A DNA stretch of 64,000 nt from Lama guanicoe (Eukaryota): positions 16,868,029 through 16,932,028 of the forward strand of contig MU054323.1 in assembly GCA_013239625.1 (NCBI GenBank), written 5' to 3'. Positions within the stretch are counted from its first letter, which is position 1, and each line of letters opens with the position of its first letter. Below, in pieces: positions 13,490 through 27,900 of this stretch. Both the position numbers and the translations under genes were made by a program. The notes beneath the pieces were generated by a model that saw only the letters and a list, made by a program, of their open reading frames with translations, was not told the DNA's origin and did not search any database.

Positions 13490-15005
13490 TCAGTGGTTAA
13501 GACATGAACTAGGGAGTAAAACTGCCTTGATGCATGTCACTTCTCTGTGCCTATTTTTGCATCTGTAACATGGGGATAATAACAGCACCTACTTCATAAC
13601 GTTGTCATCAAGATTAAATGAGTTGAAATATACCTGATACACAGTAAGCATTGTAAGTCCTTGTCATTAAGGTGACAGTAATTTTTAAATAATCAATCCC
13701 ACAGAAGCTTTTATTTACACCCTGAAATGCTAAAACTCTACAGTGACTTTCAATTGACCTGTGTAGCTGTGTAACGACATCACCATCCATCAATTTGCTC
13801 AGGCATGTGATATATTCGCTATCCATGATATAGCTCTCCTTTTCTTTACCCCTAAATCTAACCAATAATCAAGTTCTTAAATTTGTCCTCATTCAAAATC
13901 TACTGATACCATCCCTATTCCCATCACCACCATCTTACCCTACTTAAAAGTGGTACTTAACTGATCTCCCTTCTTGCCCCCTCCTCCAATCCAATCCTCA
14001 CAGAGTAGCAACTAAATAATATGGTTAAATGTAAATGTGATTAAGTTACTCTCCTTAAAGTCACTGTTAGAGGATTAACAACTACAAACCCTACACATGC
14101 CTCTTGAGATCCTGTACTCACTGCCAAATCTCTCCTGCCCCATTTGGTGCTACTCTCCTCTCTGTAAACTACAAATAGACAAGCTAGCCTTTATTCAGAT
14201 CTTCATGGCATTAAGCTCTTTCTAGACTCGTATTTCACTCATGATATTCCTCTGCCTGGAATACTCTCACCCATGTTGTTCCCCTAATTAATTCATACTT
14301 ATTCCTTAAATCTCAGTTTAAATGTCATTACCTCAGGAATATCTTCCCTGAGACTCTTAATCAAATTTAGTCCTCCTACACTCTCCCAATCTTAATCCAC
14401 CCATCATTTGAATATTTATGTAAGTACTTAATTATTATGTCTCCCCTCCTAGACTGCCAGTCTTCTGCTTAAAATTCTCAATTAGTTTCCCACTCTAACC
14501 AGAAAATAGGAGGGGGGAAAAAAAAAACTTCTAAGATCCTTACCATAGCCCCCACAGTCCTGTGTGATCTGGCCCTGCAATCTGTTCCTCTTGCTGTTCC
14601 CTGAACAAGCCAAACTTGTTTCCTACCTTAGAATCTTTGTCCTGTGTTCTCCTGTCTGGAATGCTCTGTACCTAGAAATATACATGGCTTGGTTCTCCAT
14701 TATCCAGGTCTCAGTGCAAAAGTTATCTATTCCGCATGGCTTTCCTCAACCACTCAGTTTAAATTACAGATTCTGTCCCCCATTACTTTAATGAAACAGG
14801 GTTTTTTTCCCCATAGCCCTTTTCAGTATCTAAAACAAATTCTTTCATTTGTTTACATGTGTACTTTATATATCCCCCTCCATAGAATGTATGTGCCACA
14901 AAAATAAGGATCCCAATCACCATGTTGATCCCTCGATCTCTCAGCACTTAAAACACTGCCCAGCACCCAACAGGTGCTTGACAAATATTTCTTGAATGAA
15001 TGAAA
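13490..15005. mobile_element. Cluster of MIR and L2 fragments
   Basis: MIR core (cacttctctgtgcct...catctgtaacatggggataataacagcacctac). L2-like pyrimidine-rich pieces, with an L2 end cagcacccaacaggtgcttgacaaatatttcttgaatgaatgaa. Confidence 0.6.
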
Positions 15006-15989
15006 GTTACATATTTTACTCAGTGGTTTTATACATGCCTTACCTATTTTATAAGCAAATTTGACAATCACATAATTAGTTTGGGGAAATACTTCTAACA
15101 ACTGAAGAGTAGTATACTTGTCACAAAATTACAATTAAAAGCATGAAGTTCTACCAAGTAACACACTTTGATAAAAAGAACTGAAAATTAATAAATGCTA
15201 AAATATCATAATAACTGAATTTGAAGATCGCAGATTTTGTTAGAACTGATAGTCTTATTCTTATTGTAAAGAAAACACTAACTGGTTTCTTAAAAATAAA
15301 AACAAAAACAAACAAATCACTTGGCAGGAAATCTTTTGTCAACTTGAAATTTGACCTAAATTAAATGACTACATTTACCATGTGGCCAGTTTTCTTTTAT
15401 TAGCTTGAATAACAACAGACAGATCTCAGACAGACAGGCACCAAGTGTCTACTTATTTGTCACCATTTCTAGTCAACAGACTTCTAAAGGGAAATGCAAA
15501 ATGTATGTTTCATAGGTATAATGGAGCACAATGATACGATTCAGCTAAATATACTCCCCCATCATGATTTCTCTATCAAATTTGGACTATGTACAGATAC
15601 AGTACTTCATTAATCAAACACTGACATAGGCTATTGGATAAAAGAGAATTATACATAAATTTCACTAGAAAACCTATAAATATTAATATTCAGTGACTAC
15701 CTACAACTGGAAGTCTTCTTAAATTTAGCATTACTCTCAGATTTTAAACTGAAGTTCCATCGAGAATAGTGATTTTATTTCCATTCTTCAATGTCAAGAA
15801 ATTACTGGTAAAGCAGATTTTAGCCCTATAATATATTTTCCTAATTCACTGTTTCAAGTCAGTTCTCCCCCAAGCCAGCCTCCAAATGGATCTTTCAGAG
15901 TCAAAGCTGAAAGATACCTAGAGACAATCAACTGTTCTTAAGTATTCCTCCATACCTTAACACTAAGTATACATAACCTGTTTGCCACA

Positions 15990-16380
15990 AAAAGACATTG
16001 TCTTAGTTTAAAAGATCAGTAGTTGTTAGGCATTAGGGGGAAGAAGAGATGACTAAGTGGAACACAGAGGATTTTTAGGGCCATGAAATTATTCTCCATG
16101 ATGCTATAATGGTAGAGACAGGTCACTATACATTTATCAAAACCCATAGGACATACAACCCCCATGGTGAACCCTAATGTAAACTCTGGACTTTGGGTGA
16201 TAATGTCAATGAAAGTTCATTGACTGTACTGTAATAAATGTATCCCTCTGGTGTGGGATGTTGACAGGGCAGGAGGCTGTAGACGTGTGAGGACAAGGAG
16301 TATAGGGGAATTCTACTTTCTGCTCAGTTTTGCTGTGAACCTAAGACTGCACTATAAAAGTCTATTTTTAAAAAAAACTT
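15990..16380 (+). mobile_element. L1MC/MD-like 3' UTR
   Basis: aaaagatcagtagttgttagg...gtgaaccctaatgtaaactctggactttgggtgataatg...ttttgctgtgaacctaagactgc. Confidence 0.75.
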
Positions 16381-16644
16381 TTTATTGCTGTTTAATCATA
16401 ATTCATCTTAAATTTGCCAAATTCATACATTCAGCATGTATTCCAATACAAAAATTTACACTTCAGGACTGACTACATACATCTGGAAACTTCAGGCTTA
16501 ATTATAAGCTATGACAATAAAAAGGTGCTACAAATCTGGATTACAATAAAATGTTACTAACATAAGGTTACATCAACCCAAAACTAAACTTGTAGGAAGA
16601 GAACCAAGAGTTTTTCACTTTTCAAAAGTGATGAAAGTATACAC

Positions 16645-16750
16645 TATACTGTACACCAGAACACAACATTGTAAACTAACTATACTTCAATTAAAATATA
16701 TATGTATATGTATATGTATATGTATATATATATGTATATGTATATGTATA
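16645..16750 (+). repeat. Very short L1 3' end whose tail is a (TATATG)n microsatellite
   Basis: ctgtacaccagaacacaacattgtaaactaactatacttcaattaaaa followed by tatatg repeats. Confidence 0.7.
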
Positions 16751-16799
16751 AAACCAAACCTACAAAAAGGTCAAAAGCAATTACTAATTGAACTGCCTG

Positions 16800-18610
16800 C
16801 CACAACAAAACCTAGGTAACAGAATCTAGAATCTCTACAATGTGTAATGAACAATAAAGTATATGATCAGAAATTCTCAGAAATGCAAAGAGGAAAATGT
16901 GGCCCACAGTCAAGAAAGAAAATCAGTTGATAAAAACCAATCCTGCAATGGCCCTGATGCTCAACTTAGCAGATAAAAGCTTTTAACAAGATATTGGAAA
17001 TATGTTCAAGGATTTAAAGGAAAATAAGGTCTTAGTAAATGAGTTAGGGAGTCTCAGCCAAGAAACAGACTATTTAAAAAAATGAATATTCTAGAACTGA
17101 AAAGTACAATAACAAAATGAATTATTCACTGGATAGACTTAACAGCAGACTGCAGACAGCAGAATGAAGAACGAAGAGTCAGTGAACTTGAAGTGAGACC
17201 AAAATCCTCTAATCCAAAGAAGAAAGAGAAAAAGGAATGAAGAAAAACTAACAGGCTCTCAGGGACCTATAGAGCAACACCCAACATGTAATTAGAGTCC
17301 CAGAAGGAGAACAAAGAATGGAGCTGAAAAATATTTGAAGATATAAGAGTCAATTACTAAATTTAGTGACAGAGACTGACAGATCCCAGAAGCTCAGCAA
17401 ACCTCAAGTAGGGTAAACACAAAGAAAACCACATCAATCAGATGGCTAAAAACCAAAGGAAAGGGAAAATCTTTAACGAAGTGGTGTGATGGAGGGAATA
17501 ATTCAAATGACTGCTTCTCATTAGAAGCAACAGAGGCCAGAAGACAATAAAATGATATCTTTAGGATACTTTAATAAAAAAGCATGTCAACTCAGACTTC
17601 TATATTTAGTGAAACTATCACTGAAAAATAAAGCAAAATAAAGACAATGAGCAAAAAGGCTAAGCAGATTTGTCACCAGCAGATGTGACTGCATGGGATG
17701 CTAAATGTTCTTCATTCTTCAGGTTGAAAAGAAATGGAAAGCCTCTCCATTCCTTCCTGTAGTATCCAAAGTAGTAAATAAGTGGATAAAAATAAGACTG
17801 GTTGTTTCCCCCAAGTAATTTCCTTAAAAGATCATTTAGAACAAAAATAACAGATTGTAACATGGGGTTTATCATGTACATAGAAATAAAAGAAAAAAGT
17901 TAAGACAAATGTTGTGAGGCCAGTAAATTAAATTATATACTAAGGTTATTATGACTTTACAGTGGAAAGTGGTTAAAAAAAAACCAACATTCATTCTAAA
18001 TAGATTCTGATATATCAGAGATGCATATTGTTAGCTCTAGAGCAACACCTAAAAAATAAAGAGGTATAGCTTAGAAAGCCAATAAGGAACCAAAATGAAA
18101 CACTAAAAAATATTCAGTTAACCCAAAGAAAAAACAAGAACAAATGACAAAAGAAACAAATGGAAAACAAATAGCAAGATGGCAAACTTAAACCCAACTA
18201 AATCAATAATTACATCAAATGTAAATACACAAAATATTCCAATGAAAAGACAGAGATTCTCAGACTGGATAATAAATGCAAAAACTACATACTGTGTACA
18301 GTAGCAGCCCTTTTAACATAAAGATAGAGATAGGTTGAAAATACATAATAGAAAAAAGATACACATGCAAATAACTACAGGAAAGCTGATGTAGCTACGT
18401 GACTATCAAAGAAGACTTCAAGACTAAAAGTATTACTAGACATAAAATGGATAAACAGCAAAGACATAACAACCCTAAGAAAGAGATTAAAAATACATGA
18501 AACAAAAATTTGGAGAACTAATGAGAAAAATAGACAAATGCATAATAAATTTTAACAACCATCTCAAGTAACTGATACAGGCAGACAAAAAATTACCAGT
18601 AAGACTACAG
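16800..18610 (+). mobile_element. Decayed L1M ORF1 to ORF2 N-terminal fragment
   Basis: A-rich L1 body motifs such as tcactggatagacttaacagcagact, gagtcccagaaggaga, cagaggccagaagacaa and tcaataattacatcaaatgtaaat. Confidence 0.75.
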
Positions 18611-18611
18611 G

Positions 18612-19085
18612 ATAGCTCTGTCCACATGAAAATATGAGACACACGTGTCATTTTAAGTTTTCTTTAGTCACATTAAAAAGTAAAAAGAAATAATTTAATA
18701 TTATTTTATTTATTAACCCAACATAGCCAACATGCTGTCATTTCAACTCATAATTAATGTTTTAAAATTAAGATGATTAAATTCTTCTTTCACGCTGTCT
18801 TTGAAATCCACTGTATTTTACACTTAAAGCACATTTCAATTCAGATACTAAATGCTTATCAAAAATACGTATCTCCTGGATTTCATAAAATTTACAACTG
18901 AAAAAGTAGGTTCACATACACAAGTTGTTCCAAACATACTTAAAGTTTTCCAATAACTGAATCAAACAACAAAAAATAATTTTCCATTCATGTTTGCATC
19001 TATGATGACAAAACTACTTCTATTTTTAAAAATATAAACTAAAATTAAATAAAATTTAAAAAAATTTTTAGTCACACTATCCATT
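18612..19085. mobile_element. hAT-Charlie (MER33/MER3-like) DNA transposon
   Basis: attttaagttttctttagtcacattaaaaagtaaaaagaaa...tgtcatttcaac...tacacttaaagcacatttcaattcaga. Confidence 0.6.
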
Positions 19086-20275
19086 TTGCTTTAATATGCA
19101 TATCTTTGACAAAGGCTGACCATTTTTCTATGTATATTTGTTTCCTCTTATGTGAACTGTGTATTCAAATATAGACAGCTTTAAGAAAAAAAACAGTAAA
19201 TTACCACCCAAAAGTCCCTTTAATTCTCAGTGGCAAATTATTAAACACAAACAGTATATTTTGCAGATAGTTTTTTAAATTCGAAAAAATTTATGCACTG
19301 CTCTTTCATGTTTTAGAATACAGTGGGGGGAATTAATACTGAAAACTAATCAAAAAGGTTTATAATTGCTATACATTTGTTTGTATAATATATTATGATT
19401 TACTTCTTACAAAACGCTCAGCCAGGAACGCAGCTTTCAATTTAACATTATAAAGCAAACTGTGTTTTTCCCATAGGAACAAGGTGGTTCTCTCACCTGA
19501 ACGGGGGTAAAAAGCTGGAACTGGCTATTAAACAAACAACAGACAGCAAAACTAGCTAAAGACCCATCACTGCCTCTCTGCAAGCAGAAACAAGCAAATC
19601 CTCAAACTGAAATGGCTTTACTTTCAATAACCCTATCCTGCTTTCATGATCTTTATTACAAATAAGATTCTCAATTAAGGGTCAAAATTCAAATTTATAA
19701 CTATAAATATTATGACCAACTCAAAACTAAGGATCACTGGATAATGAGCTGAGGTTAATAATCCAGCAGAAAACCTGAAGTCTATGCTTAGCACAAATTT
19801 GTACTCTGCTCTCTACTTTTTAAAAATTTTCTTCAAATTTTGGATCTTTCTCTCCCTTATGATTTCAAAAAAAAAAAAGTAAACCACCAAAAGCTAAATT
19901 TTTTTTTAAGTAAAAAAACTCACTCTAGAAACAAAGCATGGCATTTTAAATCTACAGAAGTGAGGAATAAAAGTATCAGTTATCTTTCAGGTTCCAACTT
20001 TCATGGTTCAATGAAGCACAACTGTGAAAGATAAAGAACTATAACTGAAAGGAGCATAAATCTCTAGGTCAATACAATAACCAGTAATTTTTGTTAAAAG
20101 AAACAAACTGATTAATGATGTGGGAAAACTTGATAGAATACATATATCAGCCAAACCATAAAACTCCGAACCAAACAGATTATTTTTTTAAAGGCACTGA
20201 ATATGTACAGTCTTGAAAATGCTTAAAACTGGGTGAGCTATGAAAGGAATAAGTTTTTAGCTCAAAAGATGGTTT

Positions 20276-20430
20276 GAGTAACCCCTAATGAAAAAGGATA
20301 TGAAAACGAATATATGTATGTATACATATGACTGAACTACTATTCTGTATATTCTGAACTGTGTATTCTGCAGTACACCAGAAATTGACACAACACTGTA
20401 AACTGATGGTATTTAAATTAAAAAAAAAAA
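20276..20430 (+). mobile_element. 5'-truncated lineage-specific L1 3' end with poly(A)
   Basis: aatgaaaaaggatatgaaaacgaatatatg...gtacaccagaaattgacacaacactgtaaactga plus an A run. The same tail motif recurs near 16.65, 46.7 and 55.6 kb. Confidence 0.7.
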
Positions 20431-20440
20431 AAAAGATGGT

Positions 20441-20554
20441 GGACGGTATAGCTGGATCGTAGAGCACGTGCTTGGTGTGCACGAGGTCCTGGGTTCAACC
20501 CCCAGTACCTCTGTTAAGGGGAAAGAAATAAAAATAGTTTTGTTTTTTTTAATT
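20441..20554 (+). mobile_element. tRNA-Ala-derived SINE
   Basis: ggtatagctggatcgtagagcacgtgcttggtgtgcacgaggtcctgggttcaacccccagtacctc. Confidence 0.8.
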
Positions 20555-22609
20555 AAGAGATGGTTTAGGAAGAAAACTGACTGGCACTGAAAATTCAGTA
20601 GGAAGTGTTAAATGCCATTACAGGTGGACTGAAGAATTTTCCACTATTGTTACCTAGAGGTTAAGAAGGAAATAACTATTTGAAATCATTATTAACAAAA
20701 CAAAATTTTTTAGAAAGTGAATGCATTAGTAAAGCCAAGAAGAAGACAGCAATGCATAGTTTCAAGGCAAAATTGACCTAGTTGTTAGAATCTTACTCAA
20801 AATAGTTCAGCAACAAAGCATTTTCGAAGTGGAAAAGCAAAGAATCATTGAAGACAGTATTTGCTATTCAAAATTTTAGAGCATCATCAAGAAAAATATG
20901 AACCAGATGATAATAACTTTAGATATAACTATAAGGTCTTTGGAATAATGTAGACCTCCTAAGCTTGGTAAAGCAAATTCTACAAGGGAAAAAAGAGGGT
21001 AGGTATCCTGACTTACACTCTGTCATGATCTTAGAAGAGGCTCTAAGAAGCCTCAATCAATTAATTCAGCCCATCTAGTTCAAGAAGAAAAATTCCTTAA
21101 AAGGTTGTATTAATGTTAAGTACATAATCATTACTAAATAATAATGTATTTATACTAGATATCTAGTTTATGTTCTTAATAAATGAAGGAAGCATTTGTT
21201 CAATCTTCTTTTATTTTCGAGATCAAGCATGATATAGAGTGAAACAGATCTAAAACAGAACTTAATTAGAAATAATGCACATTTATAGGAACTAATGATC
21301 TGACTTAAGACTGTACCCAGGAACCAATTAAGTAGTAAGGTCTAAGGTTTTGCATAAAGAGAATCCAGGTGGTCTTCACTCCCTAGAAATGGGGACTTCA
21401 AAAAGGCAGCGATGCACAATGATTAATGGGTGAGAAGGTGATGGGGTAGATTATAATGGATAGATTAACCCCTAACCTCCTGAATCAATCTTAACATTAC
21501 AGAGACGGTCAAAAGTTTTGCGGCTCCTGATTTGATACATCAGCAAGCACATAAAGATGTGTTTCTGAAGAAAAAATTTTTTAAGTATGAAACTTATCAA
21601 GCCTCTAGATTCAACCATGGGAAAGAAGAGATAAGAGACACATTCACCACTACCAACACCACAGAGATGGCGTCAGAAATTTCTAGGCTATGGGAAATTC
21701 CACTGTAAAAACCAACAAATGGACAAATAAATCACAAAAGCAAAGGCGAAAAACGAAAACCTACAGAAAAGAGACTTAAGAGCCATATCAACCAAATGCA
21801 GTGTGTGGGTCTTGTTCAAGTGAATTAACTATTAAAAAATCTGAAATAATTAGGAAAATATGAACTCTGGATATTTGGTGTTAAGGAATTATTTTTCTAC
21901 TGTGATAATAGTATCATGACTATGTTTTCAAAAAATCTTTAAAAGACACAAAACATTCATACAATCTGTTATTTGCTTCAAAATAATCTGGTAGGGAGGC
22001 TGACTATGAAAAATAGATAAAACAAAGTGGCCATTATATTGAAAATTATTTAATCCAGGAGATGTGTATACACAGGTTCCTTATGTTGCTCTCTTCACTT
22101 CTGTACATATCTGAAAATTTCCATAATAGTAAGCTTTTTGTTTAAAGTGGTGAGGCTAATAAAAGTTTTATTAGGAGATGAAGCAGATCTAAGTACAAGA
22201 CAGAGAGATACAGGCCAGTGCTATTAGAAGAAAGAGGAAGTCCTCAATATTCTAGTCTCTCAAATATTCTAGAACACTGCTGCTCAACATTTCTTGTACT
22301 TCCCCAGCATTTTAGTGATTGGGAGGGGCAGGAAGGTACCATGAAGGACCAAAAAAAAAAAAGTTTTCAAAATAAACAAGACAAGGTCAAGTGACTGTAA
22401 AATTTTGAGCCTACTCCACCATACCCCTCATCCCATTTCCCCAGAAATACAGTTCTAAACATGTATCAATTCTACCATCCTAAAATCTGGAAGGAAGAAC
22501 CTTATTCTAAGAAACTCATTAATCATTGGCTAACTAAAAGAACATGCTCATTCTTTAGCAGGGAAAACTGAAAAGAATCAGGTTTAAAATCAAATGCATT
22601 AAACACCCT

Positions 22610-24075
22610 AAAAAGAAAACTTAAAGCCCAGATGGCTTCACTGGTGAATTTGGTGAACTACCAAACATTTAAGGATGAAATTATGCCAATTCTACGAAGA
22701 CTTTTACAGAAAAAAAAGGGAAAGGAACATTTCCCAACTCATTATTATTATCCCAATCCAATATCAAAACCAATATCAAAACAAGACAAAGACATTACAA
22801 GAAAACAAAACTATTAACATCCCTAATGAACAGACAAAAACCCTTAATCAAAATCCAGTATTCAGAATACATAAACAACTCTTACAACTCAATACAAACA
22901 ATTACATTTTAAAATGGACAAGAGATTTTAAAAAACACTTCAGAGAAGATATATGAATGGCCAATAAGCACAAGAAAATATACTCACACAATCAGATCCT
23001 AAGGAAATATAAATTAACACCACAATGAGATATCACTACACACTCACTAAAATAGCTAAAATTTACAAAACTGACAAAAACAGAGCTGGTGGGGAACAAC
23101 TAGCATTCACATATATTTCTGGTGAGAGTATAAAATGAAAAAAACCACTTTAAAAAACTTTCTGGCAATACCATGTATAAACACATACCATACAACCAGC
23201 AATCACACTGTGAGGTACTTAAAAGAGAAATTAAACACAGGATAACAAAAGACTGAAATACAAATGTTCACTACAGCTTTATTCATAACGGCCATAAACT
23301 GGAAGCAACCCAAATGTTTATTTACTGGAAAATGAATAAATTGTATTAAATCCATACAATGGACTACTACTTGGCAATGCAAAGAAATGAATCACTGAAA
23401 TACACAGATAAATCTAAAAAGCATTATACTAAGTGAAAGAAGCCATACACAAAAATTGTATTGTATGATTCCATTTACATTAAATTCTAGAAAAAGCAAA
23501 ACAACACAAACAGAAAGCAGATCAGTAGTTGCTAGGAGCTGAAGTTAAAGGAAGAGAATTGACTACTGCTATGAACTGAATGTGAATCCCCCAAATTGGT
23601 ATGTTGAAGCCCTTATCTCCAATGTGATATATCTGGGGTGGGGCCTTTGGGGATAATGAAGTCATGAGGGTGGAGCCCTCATGCATGGGATTAGTAAGAG
23701 ACTTGAAAGAGATATCTCTCACTCCACCAAATGAAGATACACCAAGACAGCCATCTGCAAACCAGAAAGAGGGTTCCACTATACATCAGATCTACTGGCA
23801 CCTTGATCTTGGACTTCCCAGTCTCCATAACTGAGAAATAAACTCATTTTTTTCTGTTGTTTAACACACTGAATCTATGGTAATTTGCTATAGCATTCCA
23901 AGCTAGCACAACTATAAAGGAATACAAGGGAACTTTTAGAGATGACGGAAAAGTTCTATACCATGATTTTGGTGATGGTCACTACAAAACTATACATTTA
24001 TCAAAACTCATCAAACTACACTTAAAAATCAGTGAATTTCATATAAATTATCTCAGTCAAGCAGATTTTGAAAAA
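22610..24075 (+). mobile_element. L1M ORF2 / 3' UTR fragments interrupted by an LTR
   Basis: agcccagatggcttcactggtgaatt...aaacatttaaggatgaaattatgccaattct and atggccaataagcacaagaaaa. The L1 3' UTR resumes after 23915. Confidence 0.75.
23567..23910 (+). mobile_element. ERVL-MaLR solo LTR (MLT1A-like)
   Basis: TG...CA termini, near-perfect 5-bp TSD actac/actat, the motif ggcaccttgatcttggacttcccagtctcca, and AATAAA. Confidence 0.8.
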
Positions 24076-24751
24076 ATCAAATCCAGCCTATTCCCCTTAG
24101 CACTTTCATTTATTAAATGAGGATAAAGCAATACAACCAATTTATTCATCATTTTCCAGAACAAAAATATTCTAATTAGTATTGTCCCCTTCAAGGATAA
24201 TTGCCTATGAAAGTTATAATCCAGTATGTTGAAAAACTAGGGCTGTCCATCAATTCTGACACTGTTCAAATTTAATTTATTTTCTCCTGACCTGAATTCA
24301 GGACTTGGAAAGATAATTCTGAGTGTCTCCAATGGTGACAATTCCCACATTTGTAAATCAATTCCTGAGAATTTTCATCAAGCCAAGATATTTTGGTAAA
24401 GTAGTAAAAAAGTATTATGAAATTACATACTTATTTTTTAAAGAACTCCAAAGACAACATTTTATATTGGAAAGGGGGACATTTTAACTCCTACAAGTAT
24501 TTTAAGCACCAAGAGAATATGCATTCAATCCCTAGCATATCAAGTCATTTAGGACATTCAAGTTCTAGTACAGATGCCTAAAAATTAGCCTCAGTACTCA
24601 AAATTAAATCTAACATATCACCCAGAGGGGCTTTAGAGATTATGCAGCCAAATTCATTCATTTTAAAGATTTAAAAAAAAATCACATGACTAGACCACTG
24701 GAGGGAGAACTGGGCAAGGTCTTGTTAATTCAGTGTTATTTCCTCTACATT

Positions 24752-24910
24752 AGTGCTTCTCAAACTTTTAACATGCATATGAATCACCTGAGGAACTTGT
24801 TTAAATGCCTATTCTGATCCAGGAAATCTGAGATGGAGCCTGAAACTGCGTTTCTCACTAACTCCAACGTGATGCCAACACTGATGATCCTCTGAACATA
24901 AGAGTGCCAA
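24752..24910. mobile_element. MER5-like hAT-Charlie element
   Basis: agtgcttctcaaactttt...catatgaatcacctgaggaacttgtttaaatg...attctgat. Confidence 0.65.
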
Positions 24911-27900
24911 AGATCATGATATTTTACAGGTACTTAGTACGTAAAGATCATTCATTTTATTTTATTTTTATTCCAGGTAGTTTCTAGTGATGTTAAAGTT
25001 ATCACTGAAGGAAAAAAGCTTTCAAGCTAAGCTATACTCCTCCATTCTTCCTGGAAGACTGCTAAAAATACTCTGATACAACCAATCACTCCAGTCAAGC
25101 TACTGTGGATATGGTACAAAGTGAAGAGAGGCAATGTACACAGACATCCCTACTTTAAAAATAAAAATGTAGAAAATGCTTTAATATGCTGACATGATAG
25201 ATAGCTAGGGGTGAAAATTACTGGTTTGGAATTATCAGTCACTTGGGTGAGCTTTTAATAGCAAGCTTTCCTTCCCCTGCCCAAAACAAGAGTAACAGCA
25301 AAGACACAAACCTGGATTCCAAAAAGGTTTTTTTTTAAGGAGAGAAGTGGCTATTAGCCAATCATATACTATAAGAAAAGGTTTTAACTATTTGATCCTA
25401 TAAAATCATGCTACTCAGAACTTACAGTGTTAAACTTCTCTCATATACAACTGAACTATGATGCAAATTGCAAAAATAAAAACTTCAAGGACTCCAGAAG
25501 AGGAACTCTTAATAATGTCAGATATCAGATACTTTCCCTCATTAGCTTTGCCCCTTTGACCAACAAGACCATCTTAAATGACCAATCTTTAAAAATACTC
25601 TCAATGTGTATATAATGTAGTTCATATTTCCTTCCTACATTACTATCAAAGCAGGAGATTAAAAAACAATTATTTTCCTATAAGATTCACATATTATTTT
25701 CCACTTGAAATCTATTCTGCTTCCATAGTAATCAGCACTGATGTCACAGAATCTTTGTTCTTCCCATTTAAAGAATACTGAGGAATAAAAATGCTTTTAC
25801 CCATTTATCTAAATAGATGAACAAAAATGTAAAACACATTGCAAAATATTTTCCCAAAGCTTACCGTCAAATATTAACCACCTCTTAAGCATAGATTTCC
25901 TGAAGTGTAAAGATAAGAAAAACGTTTTTAGACTGAACCTAATTTAGGTTACTTTAAATGAGGTTGCAGTTTATAGTCAATTTTGTTTGCTAGTTAGGAG
26001 ATGCTAGAATAAATAATGGTTTTGGATACCCTAAGCAATAAGACAGAAATTTAGAAAAATTCTTACTTAGGTTCTGCAACTTAGAGTCTTCTCTATTTTC
26101 TTCTAAAGGGAAGTCTTGCAGGATCTCTCTCCAAGTCACCCCAAGGGTCTTTCATCTGTTAAGTACTTTTCTTAAAATACTTTTGTTGTGTGGTCCAAAT
26201 TTTTAAAGAATTAGAGTACACAATACTGAAACTTTCAAAATTTAATTTCCAATTAAGTTATTTATATGCTAGAGGAATTCTTACACATATGTACAGAAGA
26301 GACAGGGTTCCTTGCTCAATGAACTACTGTTTGTAACTGAAAAAAAAAATTGGAACAACCAAAATATCCATGAATAAAACATGAAATAGAGAACTAAAAT
26401 TAACAAATAAGATTTAAATACATACATATGTTTAAACCTCAAAACCAATGTCAAATGAAAAAAACAAATCAAGACACAAATACATAGTCTGAACCACTTA
26501 CTAAAAATGTTTAAATATAGCACAATATTATATATTGTTCATAGAAAAAATTTAATGTTATAGGACTATTAAAAACCAGGAAACACATACACCAACTTCT
26601 AGATAGGTGTATATCTAGGGAGGGAGGGAAGAGGAGAAAAGAAAGATGTCTGGAGAACCCTTCGACTGTACAGTAACATTTTATTTCTCTTTAAAAAAGG
26701 ATTCAAAACAAATATGGCAAGTATTATGGTATTAGAGCTATGCAATGGGCACTTGGGTAACCATTATATTTTTCCCTGTTATTTTTATAAGTTTGATTAT
26801 AATCGCTTCTATTATAATAATTTCTAATGAAGCATTTTAAGTTGCTTAAGAATTTACATCCACGGGGAAAGGAACTTAATGACTGTGACTTTATGCCAGG
26901 CACTTTGATAGGAATCCTCTCAACAACCCTGTAACTTAGCAATTATTCCCATTTCAGAGAGAAAATATGGACATTCAAAGAAGCCAAAAACAAAACAAAA
27001 CAAAACAAAAAAACCTCTTCAAGACTCTACCTCTAAAAACTAGTATATGAATCAAGATTTCTATTTAGGGCTTTTAATTAAGCCCATGCTATTTCCTGTA
27101 TACCAAATGGCCTTTCAGTGTTACAGGATAATTCTTATAAAGATCAATCTTTGTTCCCCAGTGGCAGAGCCATATGAAAGAGGCTCAGATCAGTCCATAG
27201 CTTTGAGTGATGCTTATCATTTAAAATAAATCCCTAATATCAGCTCATCTATTATTATGAGTTAAAAATAACAAGTAGAGATTAAGTGTGGGTTTAAAGG
27301 GTTTGGTTTGTTTGGGAGAGGTAGACTGATAAACATATAGTATTTTGAGATTTTCAACTTTAAGTTCTGGATTAAACTGAATTTCTGGACAAAAACTAGA
27401 GTATCCAAAACAATCAAAACTACAGATACACAACTCTTCCTTGACAGATCAACAGGAAAGAAACTGTTTGCTACAGAACAGTTGATTCTTCTGTAATTTA
27501 ATTATACATGGGTCTGAAACTTAGTTATACTGTCAATATTTAATGAGCCACACCACAAAACATACTAAAACTTAAGAACCACTTGTATGGAATACAGATT
27601 CTTGGATCTCACCTCCAGAGTTGATTTAACTCATCAGATATGGGATCCAGGAACCTACAACTGCAACAAGCACCAAAGTAATTCTGATGCAGGGGTGAAA
27701 GGACTAGAGTAGGGGTGCATAAGACTTTATTCCTTCCGTAAATATTCACCTATGACCTGGTTCTAAGAACTGCAGACTCAATACCAAACAAAATAAACAA
27801 TAAAAAAGAAAAAATCCTGCCCTTAGGAGTTTACTACATCCTAAAGGTGAGGAGATAGAAGACAGATAGATGACATCAGCTGGTGTTAAGTGCTACAGAG

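Noticed and set aside
19950..21100. A-rich stretch with short protein-like frames (e.g. LINDVGKLDRI), possibly an old retrocopy
   Set aside because: It has many stops and I cannot recognise a parent gene. A BLASTX or TBLASTX hit would be needed to support it.
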